Below, one piece after another: positions 9,968-19,304 of a stretch of 64,000 bases of DNA. The notes under the pieces were generated by a model. The model was not told the DNA's origin. It searched no databases and was given only the letters and a program-made list of their open reading frames with translations. The stretch's first letter is position 1. Each line of letters opens with the position of its first letter. Source of the DNA: Candidatus Obscuribacterales bacterium (GTDB taxonomy: Bacteria > Cyanobacteriota > Vampirovibrionia > Obscuribacterales > Obscuribacteraceae). The position numbers were made by a program, and so were the translations under genes. The stretch spans positions 160,001 through 224,000 of the forward strand of contig CBDDIJ010000005.1 in the NCBI GenBank assembly GCA_965228855.1. Direction: 5' to 3'.

Positions 9968-10756
9968 TTATTTATCGTCGTACATGAAAGCGCCCCAGCC
10001 GTCTTTGACGACGGTCTGCACACGAGCCCGATCCTTGGCAGCCAGGTCTTTCTTGCCGAGTTTTTCATATGCCAGGGCACGACTGGAGTAATACTTTTCA
10101 AAATCGACATCGAGACCATTCTTGCGAGGAACTCGATCAATTGCAGCCGTGTAGTCGGCCGCAGCCAGGTCGTATTTGCCCATCTGCATATAGATGTCGC
10201 CGCGAGTTTTGTAATTGGCTGCAACTTGCGGTTTCTGAACACGAATTGCACTGCTTGCGTCTACCAGTGCTTTCTTTTCATCCTTGAGAATTGTCCACAT
10301 CTTGGACCTGACGCGATAGTAAAGGTCGCCAGCCGGATCGATTTTAATTGCCCGATCCAGAGCTTTGATGGCGCCACGAGCATCACCATTCTGATAATGG
10401 GCGCGTGCGGCAATCTCGTAATAGTCAGGATTTTTGTCGGAACCTTCCAGCGCTACGGCTTTGTCGATGTCTTTTATCGCGAGAATGTTTTTGTCTTGCG
10501 CACAGTAGATGTTAGCCCGTAAAGCGTAAGCGGGACCGAAGCCTGGAGCGCCCCTGATTTGACGATTCACGACCTTTAGTGCGTCAGCAATCTGGTGACG
10601 AGAGTACAAACGAAGTGCAACGTTATAGTCGTGGAGGTCAATAGCGCCGACTGGAAGAATGCTCCAGGCGACGCAAACGCTTGGCAAAATGAGGTGGAAA
10701 AAGCTTAGTTTGCTCTGTCGCTTCACTAACAACCCCACGGCAAGCCACAAAACCAA
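9968..10756 (-). CDS. TPR repeat protein, probably exported
   Basis: Repeated A..D...AI...P TPR pattern; hydrophobic N-terminus; start uncertain. Confidence 0.85.
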   Translation of the reverse strand: MVLWLAVGLLVKRQSKLSFFHLILPSVCVAWSILPVGAIDLHDYNVALRLYSRHQIADALKVVNRQIRGAPGFGPAYALRANIYCAQDKNILAIKDIDKAVALEGSDKNPDYYEIAARAHYQNGDARGAIKALDRAIKIDPAGDLYYRVRSKMWTILKDEKKALVDASSAIRVQKPQVAANYKTRGDIYMQMGKYDLAAADYTAAIDRVPRKNGLDVDFEKYYSSRALAYEKLGKKDLAAKDRARVQTVVKDGWGAFMYDDK

Positions 10757-10939
10757 TTTAACCGAACCACTCCAATTATGCCAGTCGCTAATAACGTGAA
10801 TGGTAGAAGCCCGAACTACACCTTAATTTCACCGCCCGCCCCATCAAGCCATAAAACAGCTGTGAAACTGTTTGCCCTCTGCCGGTCTTGTGCAAAGAGA
10901 CGCTACATTGGAAAAGGTGACATATTAGAGGCGTTATCT

Positions 10940-11659
10940 GTGATTGTTCTGAAAAAAGTTCTCAGTCATCGAATCGAGCAAGAGAAGGAAGGTCTCTGGC
11001 GAATTGTATTTCATCTGCCGACCTCGACAAACTGCTGGGTGCTCGAAGAAAGTGACGGCTTAACTTTGGTTGATGCAGGATGCGAATGGAATGCTGGCAC
11101 CATATTCGATACTATAGGAATGATAGGTAAGCCACTGCGACGTATAGCGATCACACATGCTCACCCTGACCATGCTGGAGCTGCCGCAGAGCTCGCGCGA
11201 ATGACAGATGCATCAGTTTTCATACATGAGCTAGACATGCCGTTTCTCACTGGCAGCGACAGCCTGGGTGAATTGTCGGGAAACACACTCTCGCATGCGT
11301 TTCATAGAGCTGCGAATTGCCTGGGTCTGTTAAACCCACCGGCAGTTGAGAGGCCGGTTGCAGTTCAGGAAGGAGATATGATCGGCGATCTAAGAGTGAT
11401 CCATACTCCCGGACATACGCCAGGCAGCGCCTCCTTCTGGTCCGAACGGCATCAGGCTCTATTTGTCGGAGACAACGCAAGCAATCGATTCAATTTGTTA
11501 TCGATCAATTTGTCTGTATTCACTCTTGCCCGACCGCAGCTAGTAGAAAGTTTTGAAAAGTATAGAGACTATGATGCCAGGCTCATTTTACCCGGGCACG
11601 GTCGCGCACATCATGCGCGAGATGCTACCGCAAATTTACTGCGTTCGGCGAATATGTAA
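10940..11659 (+). CDS. MBL-fold metallo-hydrolase
   Basis: THAHPDH, HTPGHT, FVGD, LPGHG; GAGG before GTG 10940 (ORF is open from 10778). Confidence 0.9.
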   Translation: MIVLKKVLSHRIEQEKEGLWRIVFHLPTSTNCWVLEESDGLTLVDAGCEWNAGTIFDTIGMIGKPLRRIAITHAHPDHAGAAAELARMTDASVFIHELDMPFLTGSDSLGELSGNTLSHAFHRAANCLGLLNPPAVERPVAVQEGDMIGDLRVIHTPGHTPGSASFWSERHQALFVGDNASNRFNLLSINLSVFTLARPQLVESFEKYRDYDARLILPGHGRAHHARDATANLLRSANM

Positions 11660-11726
11660 GGCTAAGCAACTTTCGTGAACTATTCCAGATTCTTTAATTG
11701 CTCGTCAATGTGCTACACGATTGGTA

Positions 11727-13115
11727 ATGAAAAATGGACCGAACCACACGCCTACTGAAGTGCCACATCTGTTGCGCCGAGCCAGGGGACAGCTTTCGAA
11801 GCTGTTAGGAACCTACTGGTTCATACCATCACTCATGTGTCTGGGCGTAATTTTGATGGCTTCAGCCATCACCTATGTCGACACCAACTTGCACAGCAGT
11901 TTCGACATTCCATGGATCTACATAAACAGTCCAGAAGGCGCCCGTTCTGTTCTATCTACGATTGCCGGCTCGGTGATAACCGTTGCGGGTGTCGCATTCT
12001 CGATTACTATCGTCGCCCTAACAGTCACGTCCACACAGCATGGTCCACATGTGGTATCGAATCTGATGCGCGATAGAGGCAACCAATTCGTACTTGGAAC
12101 GTTAACATCAACTTTCCTTTACTGCCTTCTGATTTTACGAACTGTTCACAGCGGGAGTGACGAATTTCCCCTCGCCCTTTCGATCGTGGCGGCGGTGCTT
12201 CTGGCACTTGCCAGTATCGCCATGCTAATTTATTTTGTCCATCACATCTCAAACTCGCTACGCGTAGAAAGCTTGATCGAGCGAGTCACAATTGACTATC
12301 AGGATTCGCTTGAGCGGCTGTACCCAGAAATCATCGGCAAAGAGGCAGCGAAAAAGGTCAAAGAGAACTCGGAGCTCCCACCCTCTATGGACGAGTCAAC
12401 GCCCATTTTTGTTCGAAAAAAAGGTTATCTTCAAGAATTGCGTCCAGAGGAAATTATGGACATTCTAGTCGAGTACGATGCCGTTTTGACGCTTGTGAGA
12501 CAACCCGGTGATTTTCTAATTCCGGGGGAAGTCCTTGGACAGGTCGTTTTAAAAGAACGAAAAAAACTGAGAGACATAGAAAACGACATTAACGGAGTTA
12601 TCGCTGTCGGCAGAGGTCGAAACGCAATTCAGGACTTGCGCTATCCCGCATCTCAACTTCTGGATGTTTCCATGCGTGCTCTATCTCCCGGAGTCTGCGA
12701 CTTGCTGACAGCGATTCTGTGCATCGATGAAATGGGCGCGGCACTATCGGCGTTGATGGAGCGAGAATATCCGTCGCAGTTTCGAGCGGACAAGGACGGT
12801 GCCATACGTCTGATTGCCAGACCTGTCGAGTTTGCGGATCTGCTCCAACTGACTCTTGGAAGTTTGATACCTAATGTGCCACCGGAGCAGTTCATTGTTG
12901 GGTTGCGAATCATGGAGATCCTGGGCACTTTGTCGCAGAAAGTCACATCGAAGAAAGATTTTGATCTCATTCGCACACTCGCTGACGAGTTATACACGCA
13001 GTTTTCTTCAGGACTCAACAGCGACTTGCAGAAATCAAGGTTATTTCAATGTTACTCTAACGTGTTGACGTCGTATGGTCGTGAATTATTTTCCAGCCAG
13101 CCGATGTATTCTTGA
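11727..13115 (+). CDS. DUF2254-family predicted membrane protein
   Basis: GARSVLSTIAGS..TVAGVAFSITIVAL, FVHHIS, RALSPG motifs typical of the family. Confidence 0.85.
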   Translation: MKNGPNHTPTEVPHLLRRARGQLSKLLGTYWFIPSLMCLGVILMASAITYVDTNLHSSFDIPWIYINSPEGARSVLSTIAGSVITVAGVAFSITIVALTVTSTQHGPHVVSNLMRDRGNQFVLGTLTSTFLYCLLILRTVHSGSDEFPLALSIVAAVLLALASIAMLIYFVHHISNSLRVESLIERVTIDYQDSLERLYPEIIGKEAAKKVKENSELPPSMDESTPIFVRKKGYLQELRPEEIMDILVEYDAVLTLVRQPGDFLIPGEVLGQVVLKERKKLRDIENDINGVIAVGRGRNAIQDLRYPASQLLDVSMRALSPGVCDLLTAILCIDEMGAALSALMEREYPSQFRADKDGAIRLIARPVEFADLLQLTLGSLIPNVPPEQFIVGLRIMEILGTLSQKVTSKKDFDLIRTLADELYTQFSSGLNSDLQKSRLFQCYSNVLTSYGRELFSSQPMYS

Positions 13116-13539
13116 GCACAAGAGTGAAAACACCTTCTAGCGGCTGCTTCTCTTTGCGCTCCAGATGCCAATGTCCGACGCAATAGGCGCTATCTGCTCC
13201 TACGTCAATAACCTTAAGTTCCGAAAACTCGAGCGTCCCCATGGTATCACGACTGGTACCATAGGATTTCGTGTACTTCTGCCTGAGAGCCTCATATCCC
13301 CAGTACTCCTGACCGCCTGATGTATAAGAAGTGTCGGGCGATTCGTAGTATCCGGTCAAAAACGTATCGAGGTCTCCGGAATTCCAGGCATTCTTTTGCA
13401 TGTCAATCACTTTTATGATGGCATCACGCGAAGCTGATTCGGATGCAGGCATCGCCGCGACCGTTCCGTTCACAACTGACAAAGCTAATACCACGGAGAA
13501 GGCCACAATTGTGACGACCTGAATTGTCTTAAACCTCAT
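13057..13539 (-). CDS. Exported NTF2/SnoaL-like (DUF4440-type) protein
   Basis: GGAGG RBS; signal peptide; QKNAWNSGDLDTF, MGTLEF, GWKIIHDHT. Confidence 0.88.
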   Translation of the reverse strand: MRFKTIQVVTIVAFSVVLALSVVNGTVAAMPASESASRDAIIKVIDMQKNAWNSGDLDTFLTGYYESPDTSYTSGGQEYWGYEALRQKYTKSYGTSRDTMGTLEFSELKVIDVGADSAYCVGHWHLERKEKQPLEGVFTLVLKNTSAGWKIIHDHTTSTR

Positions 13540-13555
13540 GCTTTTTCCTCCTGAC

Positions 13556-15478
13556 TCATTTCCCTTTGACGAATTCATGGAAACCAGACTTCGATTCCTC
13601 AATGAGCATCGTGAAACCTTTGCTCTTGAGATAGTCGATCTGCTCTCGCGATACAAACTCCTGCGGAGAGTCGCAATACAGATTGAGTATGATCTTTATC
13701 GGAGCCTTAGATGGCATCGTCCCTAATGCTTTAATATCGTCGTCAGACAGCTTGATAAATTTCAAATCAATACGATGCAAGCCCCTCAGCTTCGAAATCT
13801 GCTTAACAGCATCCCGTCCCAGTTTCGTTCCATCCAGCTTAAACTCACGCAGTTTCGTTAGTGACTGACAAGCAGTCCAGTCGAGATTCTCACCCCCCAA
13901 GCATCGGTTCAGATCTAACCGTTCTATGTGGGGAAGTGAACAAATGCTGTCCAAGATTTCTTGAGTAAGAGTGACTTCGTGAATACCAAAACCACTCAAC
14001 TTTGGAAGTTCTTGAAGTTCACGTAACGCATCGGGATCAACTTCATTTGTCTCACCCAGTTCAATAATCCGAACATTGGAGAGACGAGCCAACTGCCGCG
14101 TCATTGCATGGTTGATCGGACGGTCGTGAAAATAGAGTTCGATTATTCTGCAGTTTTTTAGGGCGATTAGACCTGCAGGTGACACGTCACAGCTACTCAA
14201 ATCAATATTGAATGGAGCTTTGGGAGCAAGCTCCTTTACGAAACGAGCGAGCTGCTTGTCATTGACGCTGGTGTCCGGCTCCCACGTTTTATTCCTCAGA
14301 TAAAACAGCTTCTCGATCTTGATCTTATCGAGAGGGTCAACTCGAGCGCCGCTCACCTTAACCTCATCGCCATGAGGAGCTCCCGTCAACGACGAACTAC
14401 TGAGGTCGCCTGCTTCCATTTTGGGTTTGTCGCTGTCGGCTCGCTTTACCAGCGACATCCAGCCTATCCCGACAATCAAGGTTAATCCCAAAATTAGACT
14501 GGCAAAACCCAGTTCTCGTCTGGATAACGGCCGCAAACCCGATTTTGCCTCAGAGAGGGTTAGTGAAACGTCTTCGGCGCCGATCGACGAAATCTCCCGT
14601 TTCAAGACCTCGATTATCACATCAACTTTCTGCTGGCGCTTGTCCGCATCTTTAGAGAGAGCGGTGAAGACCATGTCTTTGAGAACGTCCGAGAGAGGCT
14701 CTTCGTTTGGATTTTCCAGCGCCGGCGGTTCCTCATTCAAGTGCATTGAGATGGTATCGACAGCGGTGCGACCAAGAAAAGGAGGTCTGCCCGTTAAAAC
14801 TCGATATATCAAACAACCAAAAGAGTAAATGTCGGAGCGATGGTCGATCTCTGCTTCTCCGCGGATCTGTTCCGGCGACATGTAGGTCGGTGTTCCTACG
14901 CTCGCGCCGGGAGCTGTTAGACGCTGCTCTTCTCCCGTTGCTTTCGCCAAACCAAAATCAACTATCTGAGCCACAATCGTGTCATTAGTTTTGACAAGCA
15001 TAACATTGCTTGGCTTTATATCCCGATGAATAATCGAACGATTATGCGCGTGAGACAAACCTTGCGCGATCTGGAGAAAGAGATTGAGCGCCTCACCGAG
15101 CGGTAATAGTCCTTTGCGTTCAAGACGCTCAGCAAGACTTTCACCCTTTACGAACGACATGACCAGATAAGGATCATTCGTTTCCGTCAGACCAAAGTCC
15201 AGAACACTCATTACGTTAGGATGGTTCAACGCACCGGCCAGCTGAGCCTCGCGTTGAAAGCGGAGCGCCTCATTCTGACTTGCTGCGCGCCTGAGCATCT
15301 TAATCGCAACAAGTTTATCCAGAGTTGTATCTCGGGCTTTATAGACAACTCCCGCTCCGCCCTGACCAAGAATTTTTAAGATCTTGTAGCGCTCCGGCAG
15401 TGCAGTCGGCAAAGCTGCAGCGTCGATGGATGGCGCGTCTCCGCCGGTTGTCTCGTCAGTCCCCGAAACATCCGTCAC
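13556..15478 (-). CDS. Hanks-type Ser/Thr protein kinase with TM helix and C-terminal leucine-rich repeats
   Basis: GQGGAG, VAIK, HRDIKPSN, DFG, YMSPE; TM FASLILGLTLIVGIGW; LxxLxL repeats. Confidence 0.95.
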   Translation of the reverse strand: MTDVSGTDETTGGDAPSIDAAALPTALPERYKILKILGQGGAGVVYKARDTTLDKLVAIKMLRRAASQNEALRFQREAQLAGALNHPNVMSVLDFGLTETNDPYLVMSFVKGESLAERLERKGLLPLGEALNLFLQIAQGLSHAHNRSIIHRDIKPSNVMLVKTNDTIVAQIVDFGLAKATGEEQRLTAPGASVGTPTYMSPEQIRGEAEIDHRSDIYSFGCLIYRVLTGRPPFLGRTAVDTISMHLNEEPPALENPNEEPLSDVLKDMVFTALSKDADKRQQKVDVIIEVLKREISSIGAEDVSLTLSEAKSGLRPLSRRELGFASLILGLTLIVGIGWMSLVKRADSDKPKMEAGDLSSSSLTGAPHGDEVKVSGARVDPLDKIKIEKLFYLRNKTWEPDTSVNDKQLARFVKELAPKAPFNIDLSSCDVSPAGLIALKNCRIIELYFHDRPINHAMTRQLARLSNVRIIELGETNEVDPDALRELQELPKLSGFGIHEVTLTQEILDSICSLPHIERLDLNRCLGGENLDWTACQSLTKLREFKLDGTKLGRDAVKQISKLRGLHRIDLKFIKLSDDDIKALGTMPSKAPIKIILNLYCDSPQEFVSREQIDYLKSKGFTMLIEESKSGFHEFVKGK

Positions 15479-16270
15479 TTAGTACGCTCCTTGCTGACTT
15501 ACTCCTCGCGGAATGTAATTGGACATTCCGTTTGATTGAAGGTAATTATAAAAGGACTCGCGAAGCTCTTCTCGAGGGACAAATGGACCGGTTTTGAAGT
15601 AAACGGTTGTGCCTTTAAATGCAATTGTTCGTTTGCCAAACTCGTCGTAAGCGGATTCCGTACTCCGCGATGTGATCGAACCGTCAGGATTTGGCGTGAG
15701 CACTTTCAGCGCACGCGACTGCACGACCTGCTTGATTCTTCGAGTCCTCGCGTCCACAGTTATTGACATTCCCTCGCCACTGTAGCTAAGCACGTCCGGA
15801 CGCGGTGGTGAGTAGTTCTGCGTCATCCAGATCGAGTAAGAAACCTCGCCGCCCCCCTGACCAAAGCCGACCGCTGGCAGCGGGTAACAATGCCAGACGT
15901 TGTTTGCGGAATCAACCTGACTGCCCCAGCTGGTGCTTGATTGAATCTGACGAGAGACACGGCTTCCATCAGCGTATTCAATCATCTCGACGTTTCTGGT
16001 CCAGCGACCGGCAGCCCACGCGGGCACGATCACCCAATTGTCGACTTTGGATTTCTCCAGCGAATTCGGATCAAAAATCTGTCCAGGACGGTATTGATCG
16101 GGAACCGGATGGATGACATCCTCGCTCACTCCGCCTTGCAGAGGCAGTGCGAAAACCGGTGCGAACAGCGGATATGTCGCCAACGCTAAACCAATAGCTA
16201 AACATCCTGACAGTGGTCGCCGCAACTTTCGGACAACGTCAACCATGAATTGCACTTTCAACAGCTCCAC
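15479..16270 (-). CDS. Hypothetical exported protein
   Basis: Signal-like hydrophobic stretch ending VFA-LPLQGGVS; abuts the kinase start; start uncertain. Confidence 0.7.
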   Translation of the reverse strand: MELLKVQFMVDVVRKLRRPLSGCLAIGLALATYPLFAPVFALPLQGGVSEDVIHPVPDQYRPGQIFDPNSLEKSKVDNWVIVPAWAAGRWTRNVEMIEYADGSRVSRQIQSSTSWGSQVDSANNVWHCYPLPAVGFGQGGGEVSYSIWMTQNYSPPRPDVLSYSGEGMSITVDARTRRIKQVVQSRALKVLTPNPDGSITSRSTESAYDEFGKRTIAFKGTTVYFKTGPFVPREELRESFYNYLQSNGMSNYIPRGVSQQGAY

Positions 16271-16385
16271 TTACCTCGGATTCACCAGATTACTCGGATG
16301 TCATAGCTCTCGCCCATTCTACAACTTTCGTTGAGGTTTGCTATTTAGTGAGAGCAAAAGGACGTTCCAAGTTTAGAATGAAAGC

Positions 16386-18110
16386 ATGATAGACAAATTC
16401 GAAATCGCAAACTTACTGCGCGAAACCGGCGTTTTACTCAGCGTTCAGGGCGGTAATCCCTTTAAATCCAAGGCATATCTAACAGGCGCAAACGCACTTG
16501 AAAGCCTGTCGGAGGACATAGAAACAGTTATTTCCGAAAATCGTCTAACCACTGTTCCGGGCATCGGTCCCTCCCTTTCCGCCTTTATTAAAGAGCTATT
16601 TGAGACAGGGGAGTCGAAGGTTCTGAATCGCCTGCGGGAAGAATTGCCGGCGGGAGTAATCGAACTATCACAGGTCCCGGGCCTGACTTTGAAACGCATT
16701 CAAGCACTCAATTCGGAACTCGGAATTACCAGCATCGAGCAACTCGAAGCCGCATGCCAGGCTGGTCATGTACGAAACATCAAAGGCTTTGGAATTAAAA
16801 CCGAAAAATCTATCCTTAGCGGAATCAAGTCTTACCGGGAAAACCGCGCCAAAATCCATTTGTTCAATGCGCAAAAACTGGCCGCAGAGTTTCGCAAACA
16901 CGTTAAGAACTCAGCCCGCCTGAAGCATATTGAAATTGCAGGCAAGATAAGAAGATGGCACGAAGTTATAGATGAAATCGAAATCGTTGCGGAGTCAGCA
17001 AAACCACAAACTGTTTTCTCTGTAGTGCAATCGTTTCCGACAGTAACCAGAATTGAGGACGAAACAGATAACAAGATTTCCGTACGCCTCGCTGATGGTA
17101 TCACTGCAACTGTTTATGTCACGGAACAGTTTGGAGCGAAATTAGCAGAGCGCAGCGGGTCAGGAGAGCATGTAGAGAAACTGAAAGAGCTCGCCAAGAG
17201 ACAAAGCCTGGATTATACGGGCGATGAACTTTTGAAAAACGGTCAGACGTTAGAATCAAAGACTGAAGAGCAGTTTTTTAAACACCTGCACATTGCTGTG
17301 ATACCGCCTGAATTACGAGAGGGACTGGACGAAATCGATCTAGCGGCTCAAGAAAATTTCGAAGACTTGATTCAAATTTCGGACATTCAGGGCATGACTC
17401 ATTGTCATACGACCTTCTCCGATGGAAGAGATTCGGTTTTGGAAATGGCTCAGGCTGCCGAAAGAATGGGAATGCATTTTCTCACGATAACGGATCACTC
17501 ACCCACAGCTCACTATGCAGGCGGACTGCCTGCAGACGAACTGAAAGCGCAATGGCGCGCTATCGATGAAGCTCAAGAACAAGTTGGCATCAAACTCTTA
17601 CGCGGCACCGAGTGCGATATTCTCGCTGACGGTCAATTAGACTACCCGCCGGAAATTCTCTCGCAGTTTGATGTAGTAATAGCGAGTGTGCATTCGCGGT
17701 TCCGTTTAGACCGTAAGGATATGACGAAAAGACTGATTAACTGCATGCAAAATCCACACTTCAAAATCTGGGGGCATCCACTAGGTAGATTGATTTTACG
17801 TCGCGACCCAATTGACTGCGACGTAGAAGCGATACTGGATGTGATGGCAGAGTCGCCAGCGGCCATTGAAATAAACGGCGATCCATATCGCCTGGACATA
17901 GAGCCGAAGTGGGCACGGGCAGCTAAAGAACGCGGAGTCAAATTCATAATCTCCACAGACGCACATTCCACTCGCGACTACAACAACTTAAAGTTCGGAA
18001 TACACCAGGCAAGGCGCGCCGGACTGAGGCGCAACGACGTTTTGAACGCTTTGCCGGTGGAGGAATTCGCCACGTTTGTAAAACCCGACAAGTCACGCAA
18101 TACGACCTGA
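16386..18110 (+). CDS. polX: DNA polymerase X family/PHP-domain protein with non-canonical polymerase active site
   Basis: NPFKSKAY lyase domain, HhH motifs (VPGIG, VPGL, IKGFG), PHP motifs HCHT, TDHS, ECD, STDAH; catalytic DxD position reads EIE. Confidence 0.93.
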   Translation: MIDKFEIANLLRETGVLLSVQGGNPFKSKAYLTGANALESLSEDIETVISENRLTTVPGIGPSLSAFIKELFETGESKVLNRLREELPAGVIELSQVPGLTLKRIQALNSELGITSIEQLEAACQAGHVRNIKGFGIKTEKSILSGIKSYRENRAKIHLFNAQKLAAEFRKHVKNSARLKHIEIAGKIRRWHEVIDEIEIVAESAKPQTVFSVVQSFPTVTRIEDETDNKISVRLADGITATVYVTEQFGAKLAERSGSGEHVEKLKELAKRQSLDYTGDELLKNGQTLESKTEEQFFKHLHIAVIPPELREGLDEIDLAAQENFEDLIQISDIQGMTHCHTTFSDGRDSVLEMAQAAERMGMHFLTITDHSPTAHYAGGLPADELKAQWRAIDEAQEQVGIKLLRGTECDILADGQLDYPPEILSQFDVVIASVHSRFRLDRKDMTKRLINCMQNPHFKIWGHPLGRLILRRDPIDCDVEAILDVMAESPAAIEINGDPYRLDIEPKWARAAKERGVKFIISTDAHSTRDYNNLKFGIHQARRAGLRRNDVLNALPVEEFATFVKPDKSRNTT

Positions 18111-18203
18111 AGAATATAGACCTTGCGGCAGACGAGAAATCACACGTTTAAAGATTACGAGCGAAACGGTTTTACACTATTGAAAAAAACAGGATTGCAC
18201 CAG

Positions 18204-19238
18204 ATGTCTAACGACAAACTGAATTTAGATTACGCACCAATGGAAGCGGAATTGAAAAACGCTCTGCCGCCTGGTGATAAGTGGATTTTTGAACCAAAGT
18301 GGGACGGATTTCGCTGCATTGCTCACAGAGACGGGGATGAAATCAACCTGATCTCTAAAAGTGGACAGAACCTCGGTCGCTATTTTCCGGAAGTAGTTGA
18401 GACGCTGTCCAAGTTGCAGGCAAAAACCTTCGTGATCGACGGAGAATTGGTTGTTCCTGAAGGCAACAGCTTTTCTTTCGACAATCTTCTTCAGCGCATA
18501 CATCCGGCGGAGAGCCGCGTAAAAAAACTTTCGAGAGAAACGCCGGCATTGTACATCCTGTTTGACATACTTGAAAGCGAAGATGGAGAAGTTATAGTCC
18601 AGTTGCCGTTCGAGCAGCGTAGGGCAAAGCTGGAAGCGTTTGGAAAGCGCGTACTAAAAGATCTGAAGACGATTATAGTGACGCCGATTACCACTGACAG
18701 AGATACTGCTGATGCGTGGTTTAAAAAGAACTCCGAGTTTAACGACGGAGTCATCGCCAAGCGCGCGGATCTGTCCTACCAGAGCGGTAATCGCAAAGGT
18801 ATGATCAAGGTTAAGCGGCAAAGAACCGCAGATTGCGTCATCGGGGGGTTTCGCTTCGCTAGCGGTTCATCCACCGAAATTGGTTCACTACTTCTGGGAC
18901 TCTACGATGACGAAGGTGAATTACATCACGTTGGATTCACGTCAGGCTTTGCTTCCGTCGACAAGAAGAAATTGTCACAAGAATTGCTCGAGTTGAAAAC
19001 GGATGTTTCGTTCACAGCCAACGTACCGGGCGCGCCGAGCCGGTGGAGCACCGCCCGTAGTACCGAGTGGGTGCCGGTCAAACCGCAGATAATCGTAGAG
19101 GTTCGTTTCGACCATCTCACCGGCGGACGCTTCAGGCATGGCACGAAGCTTCTTCGACTACGCCCGGACAAAAGGCCAAAACAATGTACCTTTGAGCAAT
19201 TGGGCAAGCAAAGCGACGACCGGCGTGATTTGATTTGA
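18204..19238 (+). CDS. ATP-dependent DNA ligase (stand-alone LigC/LigD-ligase type)
   Basis: Motif I EPKWDGFR, IDGEL, FDIL, DGVIAK, KVK, and OB-domain GSLLLGLYD...RFRHG. Confidence 0.93.
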   Translation: MSNDKLNLDYAPMEAELKNALPPGDKWIFEPKWDGFRCIAHRDGDEINLISKSGQNLGRYFPEVVETLSKLQAKTFVIDGELVVPEGNSFSFDNLLQRIHPAESRVKKLSRETPALYILFDILESEDGEVIVQLPFEQRRAKLEAFGKRVLKDLKTIIVTPITTDRDTADAWFKKNSEFNDGVIAKRADLSYQSGNRKGMIKVKRQRTADCVIGGFRFASGSSTEIGSLLLGLYDDEGELHHVGFTSGFASVDKKKLSQELLELKTDVSFTANVPGAPSRWSTARSTEWVPVKPQIIVEVRFDHLTGGRFRHGTKLLRLRPDKRPKQCTFEQLGKQSDDRRDLI

Positions 19239-19304
19239 GTTTCATTCTATAATCGGATCGGGAGACCTGTTCGAACTCAGTCCGTTACATTCTCGGAAAT
19301 CAGG

